A stretch of 31,342 nt of DNA. It comes from Peduovirus P22H4. The stretch lies in the sequence record NC_049385.1; one strand, written 5' to 3'. Shown here piece after piece: positions 1 through 9,457 of this stretch (position 1 is its first letter; every line of letters begins with the position of its first letter). A model generated the notes under the pieces. It was given only the letters and a program-made list of their open reading frames with translations. It searched no databases and had not been told where the DNA came from. A program made the position numbers and the translations under genes.

Positions 1-30
1 CGTGGGCTCGGAGATGTGTATAAGAGACAG
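1..30. other. Sequencing adapter remnant (Nextera/Tn5 read-2 adapter tail ending in the mosaic end AGATGTGTATAAGAGACAG)
   Basis: Bases 1-30 read CGTGGGCTCGGAGATGTGTATAAGAGACAG, which I recognise as the 3' portion of the Nextera transposase adapter; phage sequence begins at 31. Confidence 0.85.
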
Positions 31-40
31 GGGAAAGCAC
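31..40. other. cos: cos site, distal 10 nt (GGGAAAGCAC) of the P2 19-nt cohesive end
   Basis: Joined to 31324-31332 (GGCGAGGCG) this gives GGCGAGGCGGGGAAAGCAC, the P2 cohesive-end sequence as I recall it. Confidence 0.75.
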
Positions 41-183
41 TGCGCGCTGGCGGTGGTGCTGATTTTATTTTTTCAGCGTCTGAGCGCGTCGTGACGGCGT
101 TTGGATTGTGCGCCGGGGGCGCTGGTGTGTCTGCGGGGTGTTTTGTGCGGTGGTGAGCGTGTGAGGGCGTGATGACGGGGTGT

Positions 184-205
184 AAAAAAGCCGCCCGCAG
201 GCGGC
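184..205 (-). terminator. Putative rho-independent terminator downstream of Q on the minus strand
   Basis: GCCGCC-CGCA-GGCGGC hairpin at 190-205 preceded on the plus strand by A6 (184-189), i.e. a T-run after the hairpin on the minus strand, directly after the Q stop codon. Confidence 0.6.
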
Positions 206-210
206 GATGT

Positions 211-1245
211 TCAGCCGTTGTCAGTGTCCAGTGAGTAGTTTTTAAAGCGGATGACCTCCTGACCGAGCCAGCCGTTTATCTCGCGGATCCTGTCCTGTAA
301 CGGGATAAGCTCATTGCGGACAAAGACCTTTGCCACTTTCTCAATATCGCCCAGCGACCCGACGTTCTCCGGCTTGCCGCCCATCAACTGAAAGGGGATG
401 CGGTGCGCGTCCAGCAGGTCAGCGGCGCTGGCTTTTTTGATATTAAAAAAATCGTCCTTTGTTGCCACTTCACTGAGCGGGATAATTTTTATTCCATCTG
501 GTTTTCCCTGCGGTGCATAGAGAAACAGGTTTTTAAAGTTGTTGCGGCCTTTCGACTTCACCATGTTTTCGCGAAGCATTTCGATATCGTTGCGATCCTG
601 CACGGCATCGGTGACGTACATGATGTATCCGGCATGTGCGCCGTTTTCGTAATACTTTCGGCGGAACAGCGTGGCCGACTCATTCAGCCAGGCAGAGTTA
701 AGGGCGCTGAGGTATTCCGGCAGGCCGTACAGCTCCTGATTAATATCCGGCTCCAGCAGGTGAAACACGGAGCCGGGCGTGAAGGCTGTCGGCTCGTTGA
801 AGGACGGCACCCACCAGTAAACATCCTCCTCCACGCCACGGCGGGTATATTTTGCCGGTGAGGTTTCCAGTCTGATGACCTTACCGGTGGTGCTGTAACG
901 CTTTTCCAGAAACGCATTACCGAACACCAGAAAATCCAGCACAAAGCGGCTGAAATCCTGCTGGGAAAGCCACGGATGCGGGATAAATGTCGAGGCCAGA
1001 ATATTGCGTTTGACGTAAATCGGCGAGCTGTGATGCACGGCAGCACGCAGGCTTTTCGCCAGACCGGTAAAGCTGACCGGCGGCTCATACCATATGCCGT
1101 TACTGATGCACTCGACGTAATCCAGAATGTCACGGCGGTCGAGTACCGGCACCGGTTCGCCAAAGGTGAATGCCTCCATTTTCGGGGCGCTGGCGGTGAT
1201 TGTTTTTGCCGCAGGTTGCGGTGTTTTCCCTTTTTTCTTGCTCAT
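211..1245 (-). CDS. Q: Portal protein (P2 gpQ)
   Basis: 344-aa ORF on the minus strand beside cos; length and sequence match my recollection of P2 gpQ; its start overlaps the stop of P. Confidence 0.9.
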   Translation of the reverse strand: MSKKKGKTPQPAAKTITASAPKMEAFTFGEPVPVLDRRDILDYVECISNGIWYEPPVSFTGLAKSLRAAVHHSSPIYVKRNILASTFIPHPWLSQQDFSRFVLDFLVFGNAFLEKRYSTTGKVIRLETSPAKYTRRGVEEDVYWWVPSFNEPTAFTPGSVFHLLEPDINQELYGLPEYLSALNSAWLNESATLFRRKYYENGAHAGYIMYVTDAVQDRNDIEMLRENMVKSKGRNNFKNLFLYAPQGKPDGIKIIPLSEVATKDDFFNIKKASAADLLDAHRIPFQLMGGKPENVGSLGDIEKVAKVFVRNELIPLQDRIREINGWLGQEVIRFKNYSLDTDNG

Positions 1246-3017
1246 CAGTAAAACTCCAGAATGGTGGATGTCAGCGGGGTGCTGATACCGGCGGTGAGTG
1301 GCTCATTTAACAGGGCGTGCATGGTCGCCCAGGCGAGGTCGGCGTGGCTGGCTTCCTCGCTGCGGCTGGCCTCATAGGTGGCGCTGCGTCCGCTGCTGGT
1401 CATGGTCTTGCGGATAGCCATAAACGAGCTGGTGATGTCGGTGGCGCTGACGTCATATTCCAGACAGCCACGACGGATAACGTCTTTTGCCTTGAGCACC
1501 ATTGCGGTTTTCATTTCCGGTGTGTAGCGGATATCGCGCGCGGCGGGATAGAACGAGCGCACGAGCTGGAACACGCCGACACCGAGGCCGGTGGCATCAA
1601 TACCGATGTATTCGACGTTATATTTTTCGGTGAGTTTTCGGATGGATTCAGCCTGGGTGGCAAAGTCCATGCCTTTCCACTGGTGACGCTCAAGTATTCT
1701 GAATTTGCCTCCGGCCACCACCGGCGGTGCCAGTACCACGCATCCGGCGCTGTCGCCACGGTGTGACGGGTCGTAACCAATCCATACCGGGCGGGAGCCG
1801 AACGGATTGGCGGCAAAGGGTGCATAGTCTTCCCATTCTTCCAGCGTGTCGACCATGCAGCGTTGCAGCTCCTCGAACGGGAACACCGATGCCTTGTCGT
1901 CAACAAATTCACACATGAACAGGTTTTTAAAATCGTCGGCGCTGTTTTCGCGTTTAAGCTGCTCAATGTCGAACAGCGTGCAGCCACCTTTCAGGGCATC
2001 CTCAATGGTGACAATCTGCCGCCACTGGCCGTCCGCACAGAGAAGACCTCCGGCAAGGGCGTTATGACTGACGTCGATTTCCACGCGTTCGGCGGCGCTG
2101 GCGCGTCCCCGGTTGAACAGTTCACCCGACCAGAACGGGTAGGCGTCGTGCGCCAGCGTGGACGGGGTGGAGAAATAGGTCGAGCGCAGGTGACTCTGTG
2201 AGGCCATACCTGATGCCACCTTACGCAGTACCTGAAAATTCGGGATCCAGAAAATCTCGTCGACGTACAGGTCGCCGTTATGGCTCTGCGCGGTGTTGGA
2301 GTTGGTGCCGAGAAAAATCAGTTTTGCGCCGTTATTGCCCAGGACAATCGGGTCACCGGTCAGGTCAACGTCAACCAGACGGGCAAAGGCGATGATGTAT
2401 TCGCGGAACACATACGCCTGCGTTTTACTGGCCGACAGAAAAATCTGGTTATGACCTGTTTTCAGGGCGCGCAGCAGCGCCTCGCGGGAAAAATAAAACG
2501 TCGCGCCAATCTGGCGGGATTTCAGGATATCGCGGATGCGGTGCTCAAGCCCGGCGCGATACCAGTGCAACTGATATTCGAAAGACTGCTCAAAGAAAAT
2601 CTGCTCCAGCTTTTCGATAGCCTCGTCGCTGAAAAAATTCTTTTTCGGTTTGCGACGCCCGCCTTTGTTGCGGTTAGCGACGTTCGGATTAAGGTCTGCC
2701 TCGTTGCCGGTCTGGCTGTAGCGGTTTACCCGTGCCAGTCGTTCAATCTGGCGTCCGAGCAGGTCAATTTCCTTGAAGTCACCGCCGGTTTTCTGCGGTT
2801 TGATAATGAGCTGGGTCAGCCGCGCTTCCAGACTCATTTCGACACGGCTGATGGGGGCAACGCTGTCCCAGCCGTCGCGCTGTTTCCAGCTCTGCACCGT
2901 CGGGCGTTTCATCTGCAACATGGCGGCAATCTGCGGCACGGAAAACCCCTGCCAGTACAGCAGCGCCGCCTGATGACGCGGGTCGTGCAAAAGAGTGGTG
3001 TCTGTGGTGATGGTCAT
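1245..3017 (-). CDS. P: Terminase large (ATPase) subunit (P2 gpP)
   Basis: ORF track gives 600 aa from 3047; the internal ATG at 3017 (MTITTD...) gives 590 aa, matching P2 gpP; divergent from O as in P2. Confidence 0.88.
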   Translation of the reverse strand: MTITTDTTLLHDPRHQAALLYWQGFSVPQIAAMLQMKRPTVQSWKQRDGWDSVAPISRVEMSLEARLTQLIIKPQKTGGDFKEIDLLGRQIERLARVNRYSQTGNEADLNPNVANRNKGGRRKPKKNFFSDEAIEKLEQIFFEQSFEYQLHWYRAGLEHRIRDILKSRQIGATFYFSREALLRALKTGHNQIFLSASKTQAYVFREYIIAFARLVDVDLTGDPIVLGNNGAKLIFLGTNSNTAQSHNGDLYVDEIFWIPNFQVLRKVASGMASQSHLRSTYFSTPSTLAHDAYPFWSGELFNRGRASAAERVEIDVSHNALAGGLLCADGQWRQIVTIEDALKGGCTLFDIEQLKRENSADDFKNLFMCEFVDDKASVFPFEELQRCMVDTLEEWEDYAPFAANPFGSRPVWIGYDPSHRGDSAGCVVLAPPVVAGGKFRILERHQWKGMDFATQAESIRKLTEKYNVEYIGIDATGLGVGVFQLVRSFYPAARDIRYTPEMKTAMVLKAKDVIRRGCLEYDVSATDITSSFMAIRKTMTSSGRSATYEASRSEEASHADLAWATMHALLNEPLTAGISTPLTSTILEFY

Positions 3018-3047
3018 GAATACCTCGCCGTGATGAATACACGGCAA

Positions 3048-3190
3048 GGCTACTGAGTCGCGCCCCGCGATTCGCTAAGGTGCTGTTGTGTCAGTGATAA
3101 GCCATCCGGGACTGATGGCGGAAGATGCGCATCGTCGGGAAACTGATGCCGACATGTGACTCCTCTAATCACTATTCAGGACTCCTGACA
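3048..3190. promoter_or_regulatory. Divergent late promoter region (P2 PP/PO equivalent), presumed Ogr-dependent
   Basis: Intergenic region between divergently transcribed P and O; assigned by position from P2 knowledge. I could not pick out a clean Ogr box by eye. Confidence 0.4.
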
Positions 3191-4045
3191 ATGGCAAAAA
3201 AAGTCTCAAAATTCTTTCGTATCGGCGTTGAGGGTGACACCTGTGACGGGCGTGTCATCAGTGCGCAGGATATTCAGGAAATGGCCGAAACCTTTGACCC
3301 GCGAGTCTATGGTTGCCGCATTAACCTGGAACATCTGCGCGGCATCCTGCCTGACGGTATTTTTAAGCGTTATGGCGATGTGGTCGAACTGAAGGCCGAA
3401 AAGATTGACGATGATTCGGCGCTGAAAGGCAAATGGGCGCTGTTTGCGAAAATCACCCCGACCGATGACCTTATCGCGATGAACAAGGCCGCGCAGAAGG
3501 TCTATACCTCAATGGAAATTCAGCCGAACTTTGCCAATACCGGCAAATGTTATCTGGTGGGTCTGGCCGTCACCGATGACCCGGCAAGCCTCGGCACGGA
3601 ATACCTGGAATTCTGCCGCACGGCAAAACACAACCCTCTGAACCGCTTCAAATTAAGCCCTGAAAACCTGATTTCAGTGGCAACGCCTGTTGAGCTGGAA
3701 TTTGAAGACCTGCCTGAAACCGTGTTCACAGCCCTGACCGAAAAGGTGAAATCCATTTTTGGCCGCAAACAGGCCAGCGATGACGCCCGTCTGAATGACG
3801 TGCATGAAGCGGTGACCGCTGTCGCTGAGCATGTGCAGGAAAAACTGAGCGCCACTGAGCAGCGCCTTGCTGAGATGGAAACCGCCTTTTCCGCACTTAA
3901 GCAGGATGTGACTGACAGGGCGGATGAAACCAGTCAGGCATTCACCCGCCTGAAAAACAGTCTCGACCACACCGAAAGTCTGACCCAGCAGCGCCGCAGC
4001 AAGGCCACCGGCGGTGGCGGTGACGCCCTGATGACGAACTGCTGA
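3191..4045 (+). CDS. O: Capsid scaffolding protein (P2 gpO)
   Basis: ATG at 3191 (MAKKVSKFF...) gives 284 aa, the P2 gpO length; the ORF track's longer form starts upstream. Confidence 0.88.
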   Translation: MAKKVSKFFRIGVEGDTCDGRVISAQDIQEMAETFDPRVYGCRINLEHLRGILPDGIFKRYGDVVELKAEKIDDDSALKGKWALFAKITPTDDLIAMNKAAQKVYTSMEIQPNFANTGKCYLVGLAVTDDPASLGTEYLEFCRTAKHNPLNRFKLSPENLISVATPVELEFEDLPETVFTALTEKVKSIFGRKQASDDARLNDVHEAVTAVAEHVQEKLSATEQRLAEMETAFSALKQDVTDRADETSQAFTRLKNSLDHTESLTQQRRSKATGGGGDALMTNC

Positions 4046-4103
4046 CCGGCGTCAGTCAGTCCGGGAAAACCTTCACGATTAACCCTTAATTTCAGGAAAA
4101 ACT

Positions 4104-5177
4104 ATGCGCCAGGAAACCCGCTTTAAATTTAATGCCTACCTGTCCCGTGTTGCCGAGCTGAACGGCATCGACGCCGGTGATGTGTCGAAAAAATTCACCG
4201 TTGAACCGTCGGTCACCCAGACCCTGATGAACACCATGCAGGAGTCCTCTGACTTTCTGACCCGCATCAATATTGTGCCGGTCAGCGAAATGAAAGGGGA
4301 AAAAATTGGCATCGGTGTCACCGGCTCCATCGCCAGCACCACCGACACCGCCGGTGGCACCGAGCGTCAGCCGAAGGACTTCTCGAAGCTGGCGTCAAAC
4401 AAGTACGAATGCGACCAGATTAACTTCGATTTTTATATCCGCTACAAAACGCTTGACCTGTGGGCGCGTTATCAGGATTTCCAGCTCCGTATCCGTAACG
4501 CCATTATCAAACGCCAGTCCCTTGATTTCATCATGGCCGGTTTTAACGGCGTGAAGCGTGCCGAAACCTCTGACCGCAACAGCAATCCGATGCTGCAGGA
4601 TGTGGCGGTCGGCTGGCTGCAGAAATACCGCAATGAAGCCCCGGCGCGCGTGATGAGCAAGGTCACTGACGAGGAAGGGCACACCACCTCTGAGGTCATC
4701 CGCGTGGGTAAGGGCGGTGATTATGCCAGCCTCGATGCACTGGTGATGGATGCGACCAACAACCTGATTGAACCGTGGTATCAGGAAGACCCTGACCTTG
4801 TGGTGATTGTGGGACGTCAGCTACTGGCGGACAAGTATTTCCCCATCGTTAACAAGGAACAGGACAACAGCGAAATGCTGGCCGCTGACGTCATCATCAG
4901 CCAGAAACGCATCGGTAACCTGCCGGCAGTGCGCGTCCCGTACTTCCCGGCAGATGCGATGCTCATCACGAAGCTGGAAAACCTGTCCATCTACTACATG
5001 GATGACAGCCATCGCCGCGTGATTGAGGAAAATCCGAAACTCGACCGCGTGGAGAACTACGAGTCAATGAATATTGATTACGTGGTGGAAGACTACGCCG
5101 CCGGTTGCCTGGTGGAAAAAATTAAGGTCGGTGATTTCTCCACACCGGCCAGGGCGACCGCAGAGCCGGGAGCGTAA
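4104..5177 (+). CDS. N: Major capsid protein (P2 gpN)
   Basis: 357-aa ORF, matching P2 gpN in length and synteny (O-N-M). Confidence 0.9.
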   Translation: MRQETRFKFNAYLSRVAELNGIDAGDVSKKFTVEPSVTQTLMNTMQESSDFLTRINIVPVSEMKGEKIGIGVTGSIASTTDTAGGTERQPKDFSKLASNKYECDQINFDFYIRYKTLDLWARYQDFQLRIRNAIIKRQSLDFIMAGFNGVKRAETSDRNSNPMLQDVAVGWLQKYRNEAPARVMSKVTDEEGHTTSEVIRVGKGGDYASLDALVMDATNNLIEPWYQEDPDLVVIVGRQLLADKYFPIVNKEQDNSEMLAADVIISQKRIGNLPAVRVPYFPADAMLITKLENLSIYYMDDSHRRVIEENPKLDRVENYESMNIDYVVEDYAAGCLVEKIKVGDFSTPARATAEPGA

Positions 5178-5180
5178 CCG

Positions 5181-5924
5181 ATGACGAGTCCCGCACAGCG
5201 CCACATGATGCGGGTCTCGGCAGCGATGACCGCGCAGCGGGAAGCCGCCCCGCTGCGACATGCAACTGTCTATGAGCAGATGCTGGTTAAGCTCGCCGCA
5301 GACCAGCGCACACTGAAAGCGATTTATTCAAAAGAGCTTAAGGCCGCGAAAAAGCGCGAACTGCTGCCGTTCTGGTTGCCGTGGGTGAACGGTGTGCTGG
5401 AGCAGGGCAAAGGTGCACAGGATGACATTCTGATGACGGTCATGCTGTGGCGTCTGGATACCGGCGATATTGCCGGTGCGCTGGAGATTGCCCGTTATGC
5501 CCTGAAATACGGTCTGACCATGCCGGGTAAACACCGCCGTACCCCGCCGTACATGTTCACCGAGGAGGTGGCGCTCGCGGCCATGCGCGCTCACGCTGCC
5601 GGTGAGTCTGTGGATACCCGCCTGCTGACGGACACCCTCGAACTGACCGCCACGGCTGACATGCCTGATGAAGTGCGCGCAAAGCTGCACAAAATCACCG
5701 GTCTGTTTCTGCGTGACGCTGGTGATGCCGCCGGTGCGCTGGCTCACCTGCAACGTGCGACACAGCTCGACTGTCAGGCAGGCGTCAAAAAAGAGATTGA
5801 ACGACTGGAGCGGGAGCTGAAACCGAAGCCGGAGCCGCAGCCCAAAGCGGCCACCCGTGCCACGCGTAAGACCCGGAGCGTGACACCGGCAAAACGTGGA
5901 CGCCCGAAAAAGAAAGCCAGTTAA
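5181..5924 (+). CDS. M: Terminase small (endonuclease) subunit (P2 gpM)
   Basis: 247-aa ORF immediately after N; basic Lys/Arg/Pro-rich C-terminal tail; P2 gpM length and position. Confidence 0.88.
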   Translation: MTSPAQRHMMRVSAAMTAQREAAPLRHATVYEQMLVKLAADQRTLKAIYSKELKAAKKRELLPFWLPWVNGVLEQGKGAQDDILMTVMLWRLDTGDIAGALEIARYALKYGLTMPGKHRRTPPYMFTEEVALAAMRAHAAGESVDTRLLTDTLELTATADMPDEVRAKLHKITGLFLRDAGDAAGALAHLQRATQLDCQAGVKKEIERLERELKPKPEPQPKAATRATRKTRSVTPAKRGRPKKKAS

Positions 5925-6023
5925 CAACCGAATGCGCCCCGCGCCAGGGCGGCACGCCGGTCAGTGAGGGTGAATCACCTGACACTGCACCGGCGTCCAC
6001 CGCCCGACTTTTCAGAGGTAGTC

Positions 6024-6533
6024 ATGATGACGCTGATTATTCCGCGAAAGGAGGCTCCCGTGTCCGGTGAGGGTACGGTGGTCATCCCGCAACCGGCAGG
6101 CGACGAGCCGGTGATTAAAAACACGTTCTTTTTTCCCGATATCGACCCGAAGCGCGTCCGGGAACGTATGCGCCTTGAGCAGACCGTCGCCCCCGCCCGT
6201 CTGCGTGAGGCCATCAAGTCAGGCATGGCGGAGACGAATGCGGAGCTGTACGAGTACCGCGAACAGAAAATTGCCGCCGGTTTTACGCGTCTGGCGGACG
6301 TTCCGGCGGACGACATCGACGGTGAAAGCATCAAAGTTTTTTACTACGAGCGCGCCGTGTGTGCGATGGCGACCGCGTCGCTTTATGAGCGTTACCGCGG
6401 CGTGGATGCCAGTGCCAAGGGCGACAAGAAGGCCGACAGCATTGACAGCACCATTGATGAGCTGTGGCGGGATATGCGCTGGGCGGTGGCGCGTATCCAG
6501 GACAAGCCGCGCTGCATCGTGAGTCAAATCTGA
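6024..6533 (+). CDS. L: Head completion/stabilisation protein (P2 gpL)
   Basis: ATG at 6024 (MMTLIIPRKE...) gives 169 aa, the P2 gpL length; the stop overlaps the X start (ATGA). Confidence 0.85.
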   Translation: MMTLIIPRKEAPVSGEGTVVIPQPAGDEPVIKNTFFFPDIDPKRVRERMRLEQTVAPARLREAIKSGMAETNAELYEYREQKIAAGFTRLADVPADDIDGESIKVFYYERAVCAMATASLYERYRGVDASAKGDKKADSIDSTIDELWRDMRWAVARIQDKPRCIVSQI

Positions 6534-6736
6534 TGAAGACCTTTGCGCTACAGGGCGACACGCTCGACGCCATTTGTGTCCGGTATTACGGGCGCACTGA
6601 GGGCGTGGTTGAGACCGTGCTCGCCGCAAATCCGGGACTGGCTGAACTGGGCGCGGTGCTGCCGCACGGCACCGCCGTCGAACTGCCCGACGTTCAGACC
6701 GCGCCCGTGGCTGAAACTGTCAATCTGTGGGAGTAA
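6533..6736 (+). CDS. X: Tail protein X (P2 gpX, small LysM-like protein)
   Basis: ATG at 6533 (MKTFALQGDTLD...) gives 67 aa; the ORF track's 90-aa form begins upstream inside L. Confidence 0.85.
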   Translation: MKTFALQGDTLDAICVRYYGRTEGVVETVLAANPGLAELGAVLPHGTAVELPDVQTAPVAETVNLWE

Positions 6737-6739
6737 CGC

Positions 6740-7021
6740 ATGACAGCAGAAGAAAAAAGCGTCCTGTCGCTTTTCATGATTGGGGTGCTGATTGTTGTCG
6801 GTAAGGTGCTTGCCGGTGGTGAACCCATCACCCCGCGTCTGTTTATCGGGCGCATGTTGCTCGGTGGTTTTGTCTCGATGGTTGCCGGTGTTGTTCTGGT
6901 GCAGTTTCCTGACCTGTCACTGCCTGCGGTGTGCGGTATCGGCTCCATGCTGGGTATCGCCGGTTATCAGGTGATTGAGATTGCCATTCAGCGCCGCTTT
7001 AAGGGCAGGGGGAAACCGTAA
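6740..7021 (+). CDS. Y: Holin (P2 gpY)
   Basis: 93-aa ORF with hydrophobic helices and a charged C-terminus (RRFKGRGKP); lies directly upstream of the endolysin. Confidence 0.88.
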   Translation: MTAEEKSVLSLFMIGVLIVVGKVLAGGEPITPRLFIGRMLLGGFVSMVAGVVLVQFPDLSLPAVCGIGSMLGIAGYQVIEIAIQRRFKGRGKP

Positions 7022-7518
7022 TGCCGGTTATTAACACGCATCAGAATATCGCCGCCTTTCTCGACATGCTGGCCGTGTCCGAAGGGACGGCAAACCATCC
7101 GCTGACGAAAAACCGGGGCTATGACGTGATAGTCACCGGACTGGACGGGAAGCCGGAAATTTTCACCGACTACAGTGACCACCCGTTCGCACATGGCCGA
7201 CCGGCGAAGGTGTTTAACCGTCGCGGTGAAAAATCCACGGCCTCCGGTCGCTATCAGCAGCTTTACCTGTTCTGGCCGCATTACCGCAAACAGCTTGCCC
7301 TGCCGGATTTCAGTCCGTTGTCACAGGACAGACTTGCCATTCAGTTGATCCGCGAACGCGGTGCGCTGGATGACATCCGGGCGGGACGCATTGAGCGCGC
7401 CATTTCACGCTGTCGCAATATCTGGGCGTCCCTGCCGGGTGCCGGTTACGGTCAGCGTGAGCATTCACTGGAAAAACTGGTCACCGTCTGGCGTACCGCT
7501 GGCGGCGTACCGGCTTAA
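7021..7518 (+). CDS. K: Endolysin / lysozyme (P2 gpK)
   Basis: 165-aa ORF, the P2 K length, in the Y-K-lysA-lysB order. Confidence 0.88.
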   Translation: MPVINTHQNIAAFLDMLAVSEGTANHPLTKNRGYDVIVTGLDGKPEIFTDYSDHPFAHGRPAKVFNRRGEKSTASGRYQQLYLFWPHYRKQLALPDFSPLSQDRLAIQLIRERGALDDIRAGRIERAISRCRNIWASLPGAGYGQREHSLEKLVTVWRTAGGVPA

Positions 7519-7532
7519 ACGGAGTAAACACC

Positions 7533-7958
7533 ATGAAGAAATTATCCCTTTCACTGATGCTGAACGTGTCGCTGGCGCTGATGCTGGCACTGTCCCTGAT
7601 TTACCCGCAGAGCGTGGCCGTCAGTTTTGTCGCCACCTGGGCGATTCTGGCGACGGTTATCTGTGTGGTTGCCGGTGGTGTCGGCGTGTATGCCACTGAG
7701 TATGTGCTGGAACGCTACGGGCGGGAGCTGCCGCCGGAATCGCTGGCCGTGAAGATTGTCACGTCGCTGTTTTTGCAGCCGGTGCGGTGGCGCAGACGGG
7801 CGGCGGCTCTGGTGGTGATGGTGGCGACGTTTATCGCGCTGGTCGCTGCCGGGTGGATTTTTACCGCGCTGATTTATCTTGTGGCGTCGGTGTTCTTCCG
7901 GCTGATACGTAAAGCCTGCCGTCAGCGTTTTGAGGGGCGGGAACCATGTCAAAGCTGA
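7533..7958 (+). CDS. lysA: Lysis timing membrane protein LysA
   Basis: 141-aa strongly hydrophobic multi-helix ORF between K and lysB. Confidence 0.8.
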   Translation: MKKLSLSLMLNVSLALMLALSLIYPQSVAVSFVATWAILATVICVVAGGVGVYATEYVLERYGRELPPESLAVKIVTSLFLQPVRWRRRAAALVVMVATFIALVAAGWIFTALIYLVASVFFRLIRKACRQRFEGREPCQS

Positions 7959-8389
7959 TGATTGTGCTGGTCGTGTTGTTATCGCTGGCGGTGGCGGGGC
8001 TGTTTCTGGCGAAGCATGAAAACGCCAGCCTGCGCGCCTCGCTGGACAGGGCGAACAACGTCGCCAGTGAACAGCAGACGACCATCACCATGCTGAAAAA
8101 CCAGCTTCATGTTGCCCTTACCAGGGCAGACAAAAACGAGCTGGCGCAGGTGGCACTGCGTCAGGAGCTGGAGAACGCCGCGAAACGTGAAGCACAGCGC
8201 GAGAAAACCATCACGAGGTTACTGAATGAAAACGAAGATTTTCGCCGCTGGTACGGCGCTGACCTGCCTGATGCTGTGCGCCGGTTGCACCAGCGCCCCG
8301 CCTGCACCGATGCCAGTGATTGTCCACAACGCCTGCCCGAAAGTGAGTCTTTGCCCGATGCCGGGCAGCGACCCGCAGACGAACGGTGA
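7946..8389 (+). CDS. lysB: Rz-like inner-membrane spanin LysB
   Basis: 147-aa ORF with an N-terminal membrane anchor (IVLVVLLSLAVAGLFLA) followed by a charged helical region; contains the lysC start in another frame. Confidence 0.8.
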   Translation: MSKLMIVLVVLLSLAVAGLFLAKHENASLRASLDRANNVASEQQTTITMLKNQLHVALTRADKNELAQVALRQELENAAKREAQREKTITRLLNENEDFRRWYGADLPDAVRRLHQRPACTDASDCPQRLPESESLPDAGQRPADER

Positions 8390-8516
8390 TTTAAGTGCCG
8401 ATATCCGGCAGCTTGAGAACGCGCTGGCGCGCTGTGCCAGCCAGGTAAAAATGATTAAACACTGTCAGGACGAAAACGATGCTCAAACCCGACAGCCTGC
8501 GCAGGGCGCTGACTGA
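8226..8516 (+). CDS. lysC: Rz1-like outer-membrane lipoprotein spanin LysC
   Basis: 96-aa ORF in the +1 frame, starting inside lysB and running past its stop; lipoprotein-type signal (LTCLMLCAGC) and a Pro-rich mature part. Confidence 0.75.
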   Translation: MKTKIFAAGTALTCLMLCAGCTSAPPAPMPVIVHNACPKVSLCPMPGSDPQTNGDLSADIRQLENALARCASQVKMIKHCQDENDAQTRQPAQGAD

Positions 8517-8946
8517 TGCCGTCACGGTGCTGAAAACTAACCCCGATATGCTGCGGATATTCGTGGATAACGGGAGTATTGCCTCCACACTGGCGACGTC
8601 GCTGTCATTCGAAAAGCGTTACACGCTCAATGTCATTGTGACCGACTTTACCGGTGATTTTGACCTGCTCATCGTGCCGGTGCTGGCGTGGCTGCGGGAA
8701 AATCAGCCCGACATCATGACCACCGACGCAGGCCAGAAAAAGGGCTTCACGTTTTATGCAGACATCAACAATGACAGCAGCTTTGATATCAGTATCAGCC
8801 TGATGCTGACCGAGCGCACGCTGGTCAGTGAGGTTGACGGTGCGCTGCATGTGAAGAATATCCCGGAACCCACGCCGCCGGAGCCGGTCACCCGCCCGAT
8901 GGAGCTTTATATCAATGGCGAACTGGTGAGCAAGTGGGATGAATGA
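8479..8946 (+). CDS. R: Tail completion protein (P2 gpR)
   Basis: 155-aa ORF, P2 gpR length and position. Confidence 0.85.
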   Translation: MLKPDSLRRALTDAVTVLKTNPDMLRIFVDNGSIASTLATSLSFEKRYTLNVIVTDFTGDFDLLIVPVLAWLRENQPDIMTTDAGQKKGFTFYADINNDSSFDISISLMLTERTLVSEVDGALHVKNIPEPTPPEPVTRPMELYINGELVSKWDE

Positions 8947-9391
8947 GTTTAAGCGTTTTGAAGACCGGCTGACCGGACTGGTTGAATCGCTGTCACCGTC
9001 AGGGCGTCGGCGACTGAGCGCCGAACTGGCAAAACGTCTGCGGCAGAGTCAGCAGCGTCGGGTGATGGCACAGAAAGCCCCGGACGGCACACCCTACGCG
9101 CCACGCCAGCAGCAGAGCGCCAGAAAAAAGACCGGTCGCGTTAAGCGAAAAATGTTTGCGAAACTTATCACCAGTCGTTTTTTGCATATCCGCGCCAGCC
9201 CGGAACAGGCATCAATGGAATTTTACGGCGGGAAGTCACCGAAAATCGCCAGCGTGCATCAGTTTGGTCTGTCGGAAGAAACCCGGAAAGACGGTAAGAA
9301 AATTGATTATCCGGCGCGTCCTTTGCTCGGCTTTACCGGTAAGGATGTGCAGATGATTGAAGAGATTATCCTGTCTCACCTCGACCGTTAG
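8939..9391 (+). CDS. S: Tail completion protein (P2 gpS)
   Basis: 150-aa ORF, P2 gpS length and position; start overlaps the end of R. Confidence 0.85.
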   Translation: MNEFKRFEDRLTGLVESLSPSGRRRLSAELAKRLRQSQQRRVMAQKAPDGTPYAPRQQQSARKKTGRVKRKMFAKLITSRFLHIRASPEQASMEFYGGKSPKIASVHQFGLSEETRKDGKKIDYPARPLLGFTGKDVQMIEEIILSHLDR

Positions 9392-9457
9392 TTGTGCCAT
9401 TCCCGACACCTCATCGTCACATTGCCGCCGGTATGACCCGGCGGCATCCTTCCCGTT
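9392..9457 (+). promoter_or_regulatory. Putative late promoter upstream of V (P2 PV equivalent)
   Basis: 66-bp intergenic gap before the V-W-J-I-H-G operon; assigned by position from P2 knowledge only. Confidence 0.35.

Noticed and set aside
403-1163. Overlapping ORFs inside and antisense to Q (403-861 +, 684-1163 -, 976-1251 +)
   Set aside because: Wholly embedded in or antisense to the well-supported portal gene; Arg/Cys/Trp-rich, low-complexity translations typical of spurious ORFs in GC-rich coding DNA.
3048-3190. Attempt to pinpoint Ogr-box late-promoter dyads (the TGT-N12-ACA form I remembered) upstream of P/O, V and FI
   Set aside because: I could not find a clean match by eye in any of the three regions; either my memory of the consensus is imperfect or the sites are degenerate. 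Late promoters are therefore annotated only by position with low confidence.
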